Positions 29,269 through 40,036 of a stretch of DNA of 64,000 bases are shown here, piece by piece. The translations under genes were made by a program, and so were the position numbers. Under the pieces are notes generated by a model. It had not been told where the DNA came from, made no database searches, and was given only the letters and a program-made list of their open reading frames with translations. Origin of the DNA: Candidatus Thorarchaeota archaeon (GTDB lineage Archaea; Asgardarchaeota; Thorarchaeia; Thorarchaeales; Thorarchaeaceae); contig JBHLRZ010000012.1 in assembly GCA_048882045.1 (NCBI GenBank), positions 10,012 to 74,011 of the forward strand. Reading direction: 5' to 3'. Numbering within the stretch: the first letter of the stretch is position 1; every line of letters starts with the position of its first letter.

Positions 29269-29715
29269 TCATTCTCCGATGTCTTCATCCCACAGTTTTG
29301 GATTTTCTTCAATGAACTTCTCCATGATTTCGATACATTCTGGGTCATTTAGGACGGTCACATCGACTCCTCGGTCTTTGAGATACTCCTCCGGACCCTG
29401 GAAAGTTATATTCTCTCCAACAATGACCTTTGGTATTTTGTACAGAAGAACAGCTCCACTGCACATGTCACAGGGAGAGAGCGTCGAGTAGAGGACAGAT
29501 CTTTGGTAGTCCTTCGCAGTCAGTCTACCTGCATTCTCGAGACAGTCCATCTCAGCGTGAAGAACTGAACTCCCCTTCTGCATCCTCTGGTTATGACCCC
29601 GTCCCACAATCTTTCCATCGATCACGAGCACAGAACCTATAGGAATACCCCCTTCTGAAAGTCCCTTTTTCGCCTCATCAATAGCCGCTTTCATGAACTC
29701 ATCCATGTTTCTCAC
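29269..29715 (-). CDS. Zn-dependent nucleoside/cytosine deaminase (Fcy1-like)
   Basis: EGGIPIGSVL, HAEMDCLENAGR, SPCDMC, WDEDIGE. Confidence 0.9.
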   Translation of the reverse strand: MRNMDEFMKAAIDEAKKGLSEGGIPIGSVLVIDGKIVGRGHNQRMQKGSSVLHAEMDCLENAGRLTAKDYQRSVLYSTLSPCDMCSGAVLLYKIPKVIVGENITFQGPEEYLKDRGVDVTVLNDPECIEIMEKFIEENPKLWDEDIGE

Positions 29716-29719
29716 CTGT

Positions 29720-30970
29720 TCAGTAGTTGTCGAGAGCCTCCTTGAGTGCAGTTGTTTCAGGTGGTATCAATTTCACATCTGGCGTGAGCCGGTCTGGGGT
29801 GGCAAGGTCCTTGAAGCCTGACCCGGTTATTGGGACAACAACCCTATCAGATCTGTCGATGGTCCCCTGGTCGATGAGTGTCTTCAGACCTGCGAGTGCT
29901 GCTACGCCACTTGGTTCTGCAAAGATGCCCTCCATCTTCCCCAGCAATACTAGTGATTCCTCGATAGAATCGTCAGACACTGCTATCGCATCTCCCTTGG
30001 CAATCTTGAGATATTTCAGAGCCGCGTCTCCATCCCAGGGGAAGGGATCAGCCAAACCTCCAGCAACCGTTTCATTAGAGTCCCAAGGAGTGATGTCAAG
30101 CGGTTCTTGGTTTTCATTGAAAGCTCTCACAATTGGTGCACAACCCTCTGGTTGAACGACCACAGGTCGTGGGAGGTTTTCAATCAGTCCCATTTGTTGA
30201 AACTCCCAGAGTCCCTTCATGGTTCCTGCCATGAGTCCTCCACTTCCCGTAGGAAAGAGGATCCAGTCTGGCGGGTTCCAATCAGTCTGTTCTGCTATCT
30301 CATAACCTAGTGTTTTAGTCCCTTCGAACTGGAAGCAATTGAAGGGTCCAAATGATGGTGAAGGTGTCCATCCAAACTCTTTGCATGCTGCTAGAAGTAG
30401 GGTAGTTGTGGGATCCACACCTTCCTGTATCTTTTTTACCCTGAACACTTTGGCTCCAAGGGTCCTCAGGTGTATCAGTTTCCCTTTGGGAGCATCTTCA
30501 GGAACAAATACCACCGCCTGAAGACCACCTCTCGCAGCAAATGTAGACATCGAGGCTGCTGCGTTTCCTGAGGATGCTGCTGAAACAGTCTTCACACCGT
30601 CCTCAAGTGCTTTGCTGACACCCACACAGATTGGCCTGTCTTTGAAAGAGCCTGAAGGGTTAACCGTCTCAATCTTGAACGAGAGGTTGTCCATTTCCCA
30701 TTCTTTCCCTAAACGTCTGCTCTCGATGAGAGGAGTTCCGCCTTCTCCTGCTGTCACAATGTTCTTTCTGTCATTGAGTGGCATCAGTTCAAAGTACTTC
30801 CACTGTCCTGGTACTCTCCTACTCAATTCCACTCTCGAAATGACCTCTTTGAGAAATTCCAGGTCTAGCTCGAAATCGATTCGTCCCCCGCATCCATCGT
30901 TTGGAGGAACGTCTGACATATCGTAGGTCTTACCGCACTTTGCACATTTGATAGTCTTCATCCTCGACAA
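29720..30970 (-). CDS. thrC: Threonine synthase (PLP-dependent)
   Basis: GEGGTPL, NPSGSFKDR, ASSGN, EG.KT.GYEI.EQ, P.GSGG, EGIFAEP, TGSGFKD. Confidence 0.85.
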   Translation of the reverse strand: MSRMKTIKCAKCGKTYDMSDVPPNDGCGGRIDFELDLEFLKEVISRVELSRRVPGQWKYFELMPLNDRKNIVTAGEGGTPLIESRRLGKEWEMDNLSFKIETVNPSGSFKDRPICVGVSKALEDGVKTVSAASSGNAAASMSTFAARGGLQAVVFVPEDAPKGKLIHLRTLGAKVFRVKKIQEGVDPTTTLLLAACKEFGWTPSPSFGPFNCFQFEGTKTLGYEIAEQTDWNPPDWILFPTGSGGLMAGTMKGLWEFQQMGLIENLPRPVVVQPEGCAPIVRAFNENQEPLDITPWDSNETVAGGLADPFPWDGDAALKYLKIAKGDAIAVSDDSIEESLVLLGKMEGIFAEPSGVAALAGLKTLIDQGTIDRSDRVVVPITGSGFKDLATPDRLTPDVKLIPPETTALKEALDNY

Positions 30971-31089
30971 TGCGACACCAACCGTTCACATGAGAACTAG
31001 TCGCCGTTATTTGGCTTATGGCTCATCTATCTAATGGAAACATCTAACTGTCCTATATCATTGTCATAATCAGAAAGAGGTTGATACAG

Positions 31090-31659
31090 ATGGGAGATAT
31101 CTACGAAGTCGAGGTCAAGATTGCCATTGACAACTATGAGGAGATGGAGAAGCGAATTATGGAGGTTGGAGCCCAGAAGACCAATAGGGAAACTCAGATC
31201 GACTCGTACTATGATCATCCTTGCAAGACCTTCCAAAACACAGACGAAGCACTCCGAGTACGTTCTAGGCAACCGATCAATTCCGGAGCAGTTGATCCAC
31301 CAAGAGAGGAGGCTGAACTTACCTATAAAGGTCCAAGGATTGATAGTACCACCAAAACTCGCATCGAAACCTCTGTTAGCATTGATTCAGCGAAAGGAAT
31401 GACCTCTATTCTAGAAAACCTCGGTTTCAAACTTGTAGCATCTATCATTAAGAAGAGGCAGTTCTTCAACCTCCCTTCGATGACAATCAGCATCGATGAA
31501 GTAGAGGATGTTGGTTTGTTCATGGAACTTGAAACAATCGCTCAAACAAAGGATGTCGATGAGGCACGACAAAATATCTTTGCTATGATGGAGAAGCTGG
31601 GTCTCAATCCTTCCCAGTCTATTCGAGCGTCATATCTGGAGATCTATATGAACCGGTGA
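31090..31659 (+). CDS. cyaB: CYTH-domain protein (class IV adenylyl cyclase-like)
   Basis: EVEVK, Q.D.YY, EALRVR, LTYKGP, KTR.E, KKR, GLFMELE, SYLE. Confidence 0.88.
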   Translation: MGDIYEVEVKIAIDNYEEMEKRIMEVGAQKTNRETQIDSYYDHPCKTFQNTDEALRVRSRQPINSGAVDPPREEAELTYKGPRIDSTTKTRIETSVSIDSAKGMTSILENLGFKLVASIIKKRQFFNLPSMTISIDEVEDVGLFMELETIAQTKDVDEARQNIFAMMEKLGLNPSQSIRASYLEIYMNR

Positions 31660-31662
31660 TTC

Positions 31663-32244
31663 TCATTCCAGCTCATTTTGAAGTTGGTTCACATAGGTTT
31701 CCAGTGTCTTGTGTCGTTTCTCAGCCTCAGTGCGTGATGGCTTGGTATACATCAAATCCTTCAGTTTCAGCAATTTCTCGTCTGCGTGTTTGAGAAATGC
31801 TTCTATTCCTCCTCCTCCACTTTCAGCCTGGGCAATAGCACGAAACACACCTATTGCTCCCATAGCATCGAGCTTGTCGACATCACTCAATATCTCTCCC
31901 TCTAGTGAATTTGGTTCAAGTCCCTCACTGAATCTATGCGTCCTGATCGCATCCACGACCTGGTCTATTTCTTTATCCGTAAACCCCGAATCGCTTAGAA
32001 TTCCCCTCCCTATCTCTCCCGAGAGAATGGAATGCGAGACCCCTGTGTCATCCTCCCGAGGTCTACCGACATCATGGAGAAGTGCAGCTGCTCCAAGCAC
32101 CCTGAGATTGGCATTCAGCTCTGAGCCAATCTTCATACACAATGCATAGACCCGTGTCGTATGATCCAAAGTATGAGCGCCTCGACCCGCTTTGATGAGC
32201 TCTTGCATGACGAAGTTCTCAATCTTCTCCATTTCTGATACCAT
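31663..32244 (-). CDS. HD-domain phosphohydrolase
   Basis: H..DH..RV, AALLHDVGR, HRFS, D.DKLDAMGAIG. Confidence 0.9.
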   Translation of the reverse strand: MVSEMEKIENFVMQELIKAGRGAHTLDHTTRVYALCMKIGSELNANLRVLGAAALLHDVGRPREDDTGVSHSILSGEIGRGILSDSGFTDKEIDQVVDAIRTHRFSEGLEPNSLEGEILSDVDKLDAMGAIGVFRAIAQAESGGGGIEAFLKHADEKLLKLKDLMYTKPSRTEAEKRHKTLETYVNQLQNELE

Positions 32245-32463
32245 GTTTTGAACTTCCGTGTTTTAATCCGGTTGTGTTTATCTTGTTCAGAAAAGAATCT
32301 CTGCTGTAAATACGATTCGCTTTGGAACTCTTTCGATAAACGAAATCGAGTTCAGCTGAAATACCCTTTAATTGTTAGAAAAGGACGTTTGAGAGTAACT
32401 TGCGCCCCACGTATGTTACACTCGACGCCAACTCCCTACCTGGCGAAAGAGAGGAATATTGTA

Positions 32464-35400
32464 TTGAGCACCGCTACATCCACCCGTAAACGCATGGGTC
32501 TGACAACACTCATCAGCTCACTGATTATTGTGTCAAGTCTAGTGTGGGCTGCCTATAATTTCGGGCTCATCCAGTTTGGTGTAGTTCGAGAATATCCGCC
32601 ACACTATGAATACGATAATATCCCATACTGGCCTTATACAAATGATCTTACAGGCGGTAGGACTAATTGGTCTGGCAATTACAATCAACTCCCATTGAAC
32701 CAGACTCTCCCCCCTGATTTTCTCGATCAGCTAGATGACACAGTGTTTGTAGTTACACCTGAGAACCCTGGGCAGCTATGGCGGACAAGTTCGTATGACG
32801 ACTATGATGGTGATACGAACCTATGGAGCAAATCTATGAGCGGAACATGGGACCTCGATGACACCCTTCAGCTGATTTCGTATGGTGAGGCGACAAACCA
32901 AATCTACACTATTTTCTTCTATGCTTCTGCAGGAGCAACGGTGGGGACAATTGAGCTTCCAAGGATATTCCCCGATATCCGTGTAATTGAAGACTCATTT
33001 CAGACCTATAGCCTTGTAGACAATGCATACGTCCCAGATGCACAAAGTCGTATAGAGAGCTATACACTGCAAACTGATAGTTATGATAGTCTTCTGTTTG
33101 AGCCTTTCATCATAGGAACAACAGGTGAGAACGTTCTGGTCAGCTTTGACCTCACATATGAGATACAGGACATCGCAAATGTCAATGCCAACGCTCGTGA
33201 AGGTCCATTTCCTGTTTACACCGAACCATATCGAAACAACGCATTCACACCCACAACTCGGGTCGAGGACGAATACAACCAATTTCTGGGGGTCGGCAAT
33301 AATGTGTATGAGCGAGCAATAGCTGTACAGGTCTATTTCCAGTCCAACTTTGACCTGATAATAGACCTTAATGACCGCCCAGTTGGTCAAGAAACTACGG
33401 ACTGGTTCATCGAACGCGGAGGCGGCCTTCCGATGGACTTTGCCACTGCATACTGTACCTACATGCGTGGACTAGGGATTCCTGCCCGCATGGTCAAGGG
33501 CTATGCCATGGGTGATGCTGATCCAGATCCCCTGATAGACCAACGAACTGTCAAGATCAAACATCTTCAATTCTGGGTCGAAGTGTTCGTACCAATGGCA
33601 GGTGTCACTCCCGGTGAATGGATTCAAATCATGCCGATTCCATTACCAGACGAATATGGTGGAGGTCCTGGCATCCCTGAGAACACTCCTATTCCTGACA
33701 TAGAATTGTTGATTTGGCCAACAAGTGGACAGCCATGGGAACAGTTAGGAGACCTATTCAACCTCAGCACCTCTCTCACAGTAGAGGGAATTCCGGTCAC
33801 CTCTGGAGAGTATCTAGCTGTTTACGACGAACTCGACAACATTCCAATAGGCTCATTCCTCGTTGGAGAACAAATTGAATATTTCTTCCCTTCGGATGCC
33901 ACAATTGACTATCACATTTTCTCTGCTACTTGGGTGACACCTTATTACCAAATATCAAACACCACGTCCGTCTTCGCAGTTGGAACTCCAAGTCCACTGC
34001 ATAGTCCCGTATTAACAAGCGACTTCGTCTTGAGCGAAACCCTCGAACTCAATGTCAGTCAGGGTGTCGACACTCATATTTCCTACTGGGAGGACACTAT
34101 TCATGTCTATGGAACAATGACTGTTGGTGGAGTTCCAGTAAACAGCTCGAACTATGATAACAGGAACATTGGAATATACTGGGACAATACTTTCTGGGGC
34201 AATGCATCTATCAATGAATATGGATACTATGAGCTCTACATCTACGTTGATCCATATGACTGGGTGGAGATGACAGTAGGACCACATGAAGTCTGGTCTT
34301 GGTACCTGGGTGACTGGGATGGCCCAATACCTCGACTGAATGAAGCACGCTCAGCTGATAACTCGACTGTTGCAGTGTGGGGTCGTGTGGGATTCGCTAT
34401 GACAGTCGTCCCCACTGATGTTACAGCTGGAGGTACTATCGATTATGATGGTGTTGCCTACTTCCTAAACGGTACAGTCCTTCCAATGGGGCAACAAGTC
34501 GGAGTCTTTTTCCATTCGCAAGCCAACGCGACACGCGGTCTGAACTCAACAGGTGGCTTTACTTGGAGCTACACGATTCCAGTCAGTCAACCTGATGGTA
34601 CCTACTTTGCCTATGCAAACTGGAGTTCTCCATGGCCATATATCGCTGGTAATTGGAGTCAGTTCATCCCTGTAAATGTTGGTTCAAGCGGAACTCATCT
34701 CACAATTGGACTTGACTTTCTACCACCCTGGGATCCTCTCTATGTTTTCGAAACCATCACAATTGAAGGCTATCTAACACACGTTTCAAACGGCACTGGT
34801 ATTGGTGGTCGTGTCGTCGAAATCTATTGGAACAATGGGTCTACTTTCCTCCTAGGCACAAATGTAACTGAGGCCGATGGATATTACAGCTTTACCTACA
34901 CAATTCTCCTATCGGATGAGGGACCAGTTGAATTCTGGTCGAGTTTTACATCACTGGAACCAACTCTGGCAAGTACAGAGTCGGTGCACATCTTCTCAAC
35001 CGTGAAGAAATATGACACTTCTCTCGATCCTATCTTTGTCACTCCCGATCCTGTGGTCATCCTTCAACGAGTTGACATTCAAGGAATTTTGATAGCGCCC
35101 GAATTTCCGGCTTATCTACCGAATGAATGGATTGATTTCTGGTACCAAAACAGTACAGGAATTTACTACATTGGAAGTGTGATGACAAACAGCACTGGTG
35201 GCTATCTTCTCCAATATACAATTCCAATTGGACAGACACCTGATCAGACGGTGTATATTTGGGCTAGCTACACATCACCCTATATCAACGTCTATGATTG
35301 TGAGTCGTTCCATGAGCCTCTTTGGGTCGAGGCTACAGGCACACTCATCACAATCCAAGAGGACTTCACAACCTACTTTGTGAATGAAACAATCCTTCTT

Positions 35401-38400
35401 TATGGTAATCTTCAGTTCTCAAATGGCACTCCAATTGGTTTTCAAACAGTCTACATCCATTGGTTCAATGCTTCTGGAACCTTTGTGTACACTAAGACCA
35501 CAAACGCACTTGGTAACTACTTCATGTTATACAACTGCACTCCTACAAAAGATAATCCCGGTTTAATCGATGTTTACGTCAATTGGACCTCATGGACCCT
35601 CATCTATGACGATGCGTTCAGTTCAGTGTCACCTCAGATACAGCTTCAAAGATACTATCTCGAGATAACAATGACAGAACCATCGCGAGTACTATATGTT
35701 GATGAACAGCTATTCGATTTTGAAGGTATCCTCTCCTATCAGGGTGGTGCACCCCCAATTGTTGGTGAAACGGTATCTATCCAATTCTGGGATGGCTCTG
35801 GTTGGTATGAAATAGACACTCAGACGACGAACTCAACTGGAGGATTTCTTTCATCACTTGGGTTTGTAACATATGATGAAGGTGTCTACCTCTTCCGTGT
35901 TCAATACATCAGTACGAATCCATTGTACAATGATACAGTTGCATACTGTGATATCACTCGCATCAAGTACCAGGTCAATCTTGAAGTCACACTCGACTTC
36001 AATCCGGTCTATCAGAATGAAACTCTCACAATACATGCATACCTCTACTTCCCGCATAATGGAACAGCTTTTTCGAATGGAGATGTGGATATCTGGTGGG
36101 ATAACGGTACAGCAGTATATCTTGGGACTATCACAACTGACGGGACTGGCCAGGGAGATCTACCATATTCTGGCATGGATTGGGACACAGTGCGAACAGG
36201 AATCCATGTGTATGGATATTATGCTGGAACTGTATTCTACGGCGCTAATGAGTCATATCACAACATACTGACACTCCAACAATGGTCCACTGCAATATTT
36301 GGAGTCAATGTCCCTCTGACTGTCTATAGGTTGACGGAAACAGTAGTTGTCACAGGGACACTCGAGTATGATTTAGTTCCTGCTCCCTATCCTGGAGCAA
36401 CAGTCGAACTGACACTCTTCGGTTTTACACAGGCAGTCGACATCACAGACATCAATGGTGATTTCTCAATCAATTGGATCATTCCCGGGTCGACTACTCC
36501 TGGATTCTATGATTTGTTTGTGGAGTTTAACTCACCATATCCGTGGATTGCGAGCTCATCAGCCTCGGTCCCCCAGATTGAAATCATAGCCCCTGGATAT
36601 AACTGGCCAGCATTCAACATTGACCCAACAACGGTATACTTGGATCAAGTTTTGACGATTTGGGGCACGGTCACATGGGACAATGGTACACCCTATGCCA
36701 ACTCTCCAGTGGACTTCTTCTGGGGTGATCCACTAGGAACATATGATACAATACAACTCGATGTGCTAACGGACGGTTCAGGGAACTTCTACTACGAGTA
36801 TACAGTTCCAACATTTCCAACATCTATACTTCCACTGACCAGACAGGTATGGGGCTACATTGACCCTGCTGGTTATGCTACATCAGGTATCTCCACAGAT
36901 GACTGGACTGTTTGGGTCACTGTTGACATCATTAGAATCAATCTCGCAACTGCAGTTAACACGACTTCGGTGTATTTGAACCATAATATCGAGTTCTCAG
37001 GAACACTACAATTTGCAAACGGAACCCCAATGGTTGGCCATGAAGTTGAGATCTGGTGGGATGGCGGGCTCCTCACAACATTGACCATCAGTGATCCCTT
37101 GTTCGGAGCGTACAGTTATATTTACACCGTACCCTGGTCATTTGATCCAGGTGTTGTATCCAGTAACTACGCACTGTTTCGCCCTCCCAGCCTGTCATAT
37201 GGGGATTTGGACATTCTAACTCCCTTCAGTGATGTAACAGTCATGGAGCTCGTAGACATAATCATGTATGGACAGACCATTACTACAGTCAGTCGTGGCG
37301 ACACATTCACTGTTTCGGGTGAGGTCCGTAACGATGGAAACTTTGCTGTAGAATCTGTCACAGTAGAGGTCCTATATAATGGAACCGGAACTCCCTTCAC
37401 TAGTTTCACAGCCACTGATGGCAGTTATTCAATCTCTGTCCAAGTGCCTGCCATACAAGCTCCTGGCATCTACAATATCAGTGTCCGTGTCAATTCGCCA
37501 TATCACAGATTACGGACTGGACCTGATGAATGGTTCATTCAGGTCTTCATAGATTCAATTGTAACTGCTGACATCACTATGATCGCTAGGATGCCTGGAG
37601 AGAATTTTGCTGTTGATATCACACTGTCAGATGACGATGGTAATAACCATGACTTTGAGCAAGTGTCGGTTTATCTAGGTGCTAGGTATCTTGGAGATGT
37701 GACACTAATCACAGCGGATGGACAGAGATTCCAATTCACTGTTCCCCTTGACTGGGATAGCGGTGATGGGTCCTTCAATGTCACAGTCTATTACAATCCT
37801 CTTCCTTCTACATTCCTCAATCCCAGTTCGTATATGTCCGCTAATTCGATTCATGTCTTCACTGATGTCACATTCACTGCGACCCCTGAAAGGGTCGATC
37901 CTGGTCAATCATTCTCTATCCAGTGTAGGTTCTTGGATTCAGATGGTATTCCAATTGCTAGACGCACCGTAGAATTACATTTCAATTTCACAGACGATTA
38001 TACACTGGGAACAGATGATAATGGGATGATCACATTTCCTGTTTCTGCTCAGGCGGCAGGGACAATTATACAGTTTTCATTCACGTTTGTTGGATTTGGA
38101 GTTAATAATATTCAGTCTAATACATTCACAATCAATATCGAAACAACAGGTGGTAATCCATTGCAAGGAACAGATTTACTCATAGCAGGTATCTTACTCT
38201 TGGGTGCAGTCATTGCCGTTCTGGCATATCTATACATAGTAAGGGGAATGTTCCGTGGTACCCCAGGAATTTCAAGAGGTATTGACATACCCTCCAAGTT
38301 GCGAAATATCAAGAAGCTGGCAGACGCTGGGAAGTACGGTGCCTCAATCACTTTGGCGTACCGAACCTTTGAGCAGATGTGCGGCTCAAAGATAGGCTCA

Positions 38401-38616
38401 GAGCGGTCTCATAATGAAACTGCTCGTGAGTACTTGGACAGGGTGCTTCAGACAATTCCACTTGATCTTGGGACCGTTGAACAATTCGTGCAGACTTACG
38501 AAGAGGCTCGCTTCTCTCATCACGAGATGACTCGTGAGAGGTATGAAGAGGCAGTCAGAATATTCACAGATCTATATCCAAGGATCGATTCAACCGCACC
38601 AATAGAGAAAGAGTAA
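32464..38616 (+). CDS. Giant membrane-anchored protein: transglutaminase-like domain, many Ig-like repeats, TM, DUF4129-like C-terminus
   Basis: N-terminal TM, LWRTSSYDDY.G..W, DFATA...R.LGIPARMV.GY, WVEV; repeated T...G.F/Y beta-sandwich units; ETAREY...YEEARFS; probable TTG start at 32464 after GAGGA. Confidence 0.85.
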   Translation: MSTATSTRKRMGLTTLISSLIIVSSLVWAAYNFGLIQFGVVREYPPHYEYDNIPYWPYTNDLTGGRTNWSGNYNQLPLNQTLPPDFLDQLDDTVFVVTPENPGQLWRTSSYDDYDGDTNLWSKSMSGTWDLDDTLQLISYGEATNQIYTIFFYASAGATVGTIELPRIFPDIRVIEDSFQTYSLVDNAYVPDAQSRIESYTLQTDSYDSLLFEPFIIGTTGENVLVSFDLTYEIQDIANVNANAREGPFPVYTEPYRNNAFTPTTRVEDEYNQFLGVGNNVYERAIAVQVYFQSNFDLIIDLNDRPVGQETTDWFIERGGGLPMDFATAYCTYMRGLGIPARMVKGYAMGDADPDPLIDQRTVKIKHLQFWVEVFVPMAGVTPGEWIQIMPIPLPDEYGGGPGIPENTPIPDIELLIWPTSGQPWEQLGDLFNLSTSLTVEGIPVTSGEYLAVYDELDNIPIGSFLVGEQIEYFFPSDATIDYHIFSATWVTPYYQISNTTSVFAVGTPSPLHSPVLTSDFVLSETLELNVSQGVDTHISYWEDTIHVYGTMTVGGVPVNSSNYDNRNIGIYWDNTFWGNASINEYGYYELYIYVDPYDWVEMTVGPHEVWSWYLGDWDGPIPRLNEARSADNSTVAVWGRVGFAMTVVPTDVTAGGTIDYDGVAYFLNGTVLPMGQQVGVFFHSQANATRGLNSTGGFTWSYTIPVSQPDGTYFAYANWSSPWPYIAGNWSQFIPVNVGSSGTHLTIGLDFLPPWDPLYVFETITIEGYLTHVSNGTGIGGRVVEIYWNNGSTFLLGTNVTEADGYYSFTYTILLSDEGPVEFWSSFTSLEPTLASTESVHIFSTVKKYDTSLDPIFVTPDPVVILQRVDIQGILIAPEFPAYLPNEWIDFWYQNSTGIYYIGSVMTNSTGGYLLQYTIPIGQTPDQTVYIWASYTSPYINVYDCESFHEPLWVEATGTLITIQEDFTTYFVNETILLYGNLQFSNGTPIGFQTVYIHWFNASGTFVYTKTTNALGNYFMLYNCTPTKDNPGLIDVYVNWTSWTLIYDDAFSSVSPQIQLQRYYLEITMTEPSRVLYVDEQLFDFEGILSYQGGAPPIVGETVSIQFWDGSGWYEIDTQTTNSTGGFLSSLGFVTYDEGVYLFRVQYISTNPLYNDTVAYCDITRIKYQVNLEVTLDFNPVYQNETLTIHAYLYFPHNGTAFSNGDVDIWWDNGTAVYLGTITTDGTGQGDLPYSGMDWDTVRTGIHVYGYYAGTVFYGANESYHNILTLQQWSTAIFGVNVPLTVYRLTETVVVTGTLEYDLVPAPYPGATVELTLFGFTQAVDITDINGDFSINWIIPGSTTPGFYDLFVEFNSPYPWIASSSASVPQIEIIAPGYNWPAFNIDPTTVYLDQVLTIWGTVTWDNGTPYANSPVDFFWGDPLGTYDTIQLDVLTDGSGNFYYEYTVPTFPTSILPLTRQVWGYIDPAGYATSGISTDDWTVWVTVDIIRINLATAVNTTSVYLNHNIEFSGTLQFANGTPMVGHEVEIWWDGGLLTTLTISDPLFGAYSYIYTVPWSFDPGVVSSNYALFRPPSLSYGDLDILTPFSDVTVMELVDIIMYGQTITTVSRGDTFTVSGEVRNDGNFAVESVTVEVLYNGTGTPFTSFTATDGSYSISVQVPAIQAPGIYNISVRVNSPYHRLRTGPDEWFIQVFIDSIVTADITMIARMPGENFAVDITLSDDDGNNHDFEQVSVYLGARYLGDVTLITADGQRFQFTVPLDWDSGDGSFNVTVYYNPLPSTFLNPSSYMSANSIHVFTDVTFTATPERVDPGQSFSIQCRFLDSDGIPIARRTVELHFNFTDDYTLGTDDNGMITFPVSAQAAGTIIQFSFTFVGFGVNNIQSNTFTINIETTGGNPLQGTDLLIAGILLLGAVIAVLAYLYIVRGMFRGTPGISRGIDIPSKLRNIKKLADAGKYGASITLAYRTFEQMCGSKIGSERSHNETAREYLDRVLQTIPLDLGTVEQFVQTYEEARFSHHEMTRERYEEAVRIFTDLYPRIDSTAPIEKE

Positions 38617-38628
38617 GGAGAGATACAA

Positions 38629-40026
38629 ATGGGCTGGAAAGAGTACGGTCAAGTCATTCTATTCTTATTATCTTGGATGCCAGTGGCCGTTCTAGTGATT
38701 AGCCCAGTAGTTGGGACAACATCCCAGTACGACTACGACTTCTCGATCTACAATAACAGAGATTTTGGTCTTAGCCAGTTTGCCTCCAGTATCTCTGATA
38801 CAGGACGAGAGGTCCTATCAATCCAGGCAAGTATGAGCGTTGCAACACGGTATAATGGCTCAGCTGTACTAGCCATCATGGGTCCTGTGAGAGACTTCAC
38901 GTTAGATGCCACGTTAGTAATATTCGCGCATCTGATGTCTGGTGGAAGTCTACTCATAGCTGACGACTTTGGGTCTGCGAACTCCTCTATGTTATTCCTA
39001 AATACAGTCTTTAGCGGACTTACTGGGACTAATACTAGCGGAGGACTACTCACATTTCTGAGAGGAGTACTCTTCGACTTAGACTCCTACGATACAACCA
39101 AAGAACCGCGACTTCCCATAATCAGAGACCTTAGACCAGGAGCTGATGGTGGTGCCCTGACTGCAGGGATCTCTGAGATCCACCTGAACTGGGCTTCAGC
39201 GCTCAATCCTTACAGTCTGCTTGGACAGGCAGGGGTCGCGTGGACTACTTCTCGGTCTTGGTGTGAGAAGAACATAAGCGACCCATATCCAAGTCCTGAT
39301 TCTGATGAGTTGTATGGAAGTCTCCCAGTAGCAGGAGCTATCGATCTTTCTGTAGGTATCCCTGGAGCTGGTAGAATAGTCGCAGTCAGTGATCCGAGTA
39401 TATTCAACAATGATATGTGGCGTCGCTGGCCTGATAACCAGAGGTTTGGTGCAAACATCATTGAGTGGCTCACCCAAGGAGATACATCAGAACCGGTGTT
39501 GTTCTGCGAACAACTCCTTGAGGTTCCACTTTCCGATAGTGAGTTCTTCTTTGGAGTCTACTTGGGTCGAGTCCTCTGGCTCTCTTCACTGCCCTATATT
39601 TCAGCCATCTATCCTCTTTTCACTGCCCTTGGAATCAGAAAATACCTGCCTGATATCAAAAAACCAGAGGTGAAGAGTGTATCAGATGTCTTCCTCAGGA
39701 AAGGACGGACATACTTCAGCGAGCGGATGGCCTATTATCGGACAGAAGGCAACTACACGCGAGTAGTGAAAATGCTGTATAGACGACTGAGACGAGGTCT
39801 CCGAAAAGCACAGCAATGGACAGAATACAATCCCGAGAAAGTTTGGGAAGTCATGCGTTACAAGGACCACAAACTGAAGCAGGATGATTTCTTTAGGATG
39901 ATCAACCGGATTGAGGAAATCTCTTCAAATCCCAATATCAAGATAAAGGAGAGCGAGATGATGGAGCTCTTCTTCTTCATGCGAAATATCCAATCACATA
40001 TGGTAGATACAACAACAAGAAAATGA
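38629..40026 (+). CDS. DUF4350-domain membrane protein
   Basis: FSIYN...GLS.F, GGSLLIADDFG, GRIVAVSDPSIFNN.M, N..F..N; MoxR-locus context. Confidence 0.8.
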   Translation: MGWKEYGQVILFLLSWMPVAVLVISPVVGTTSQYDYDFSIYNNRDFGLSQFASSISDTGREVLSIQASMSVATRYNGSAVLAIMGPVRDFTLDATLVIFAHLMSGGSLLIADDFGSANSSMLFLNTVFSGLTGTNTSGGLLTFLRGVLFDLDSYDTTKEPRLPIIRDLRPGADGGALTAGISEIHLNWASALNPYSLLGQAGVAWTTSRSWCEKNISDPYPSPDSDELYGSLPVAGAIDLSVGIPGAGRIVAVSDPSIFNNDMWRRWPDNQRFGANIIEWLTQGDTSEPVLFCEQLLEVPLSDSEFFFGVYLGRVLWLSSLPYISAIYPLFTALGIRKYLPDIKKPEVKSVSDVFLRKGRTYFSERMAYYRTEGNYTRVVKMLYRRLRRGLRKAQQWTEYNPEKVWEVMRYKDHKLKQDDFFRMINRIEEISSNPNIKIKESEMMELFFFMRNIQSHMVDTTTRK

Positions 40027-40036
40027 GGTAGAAAAA

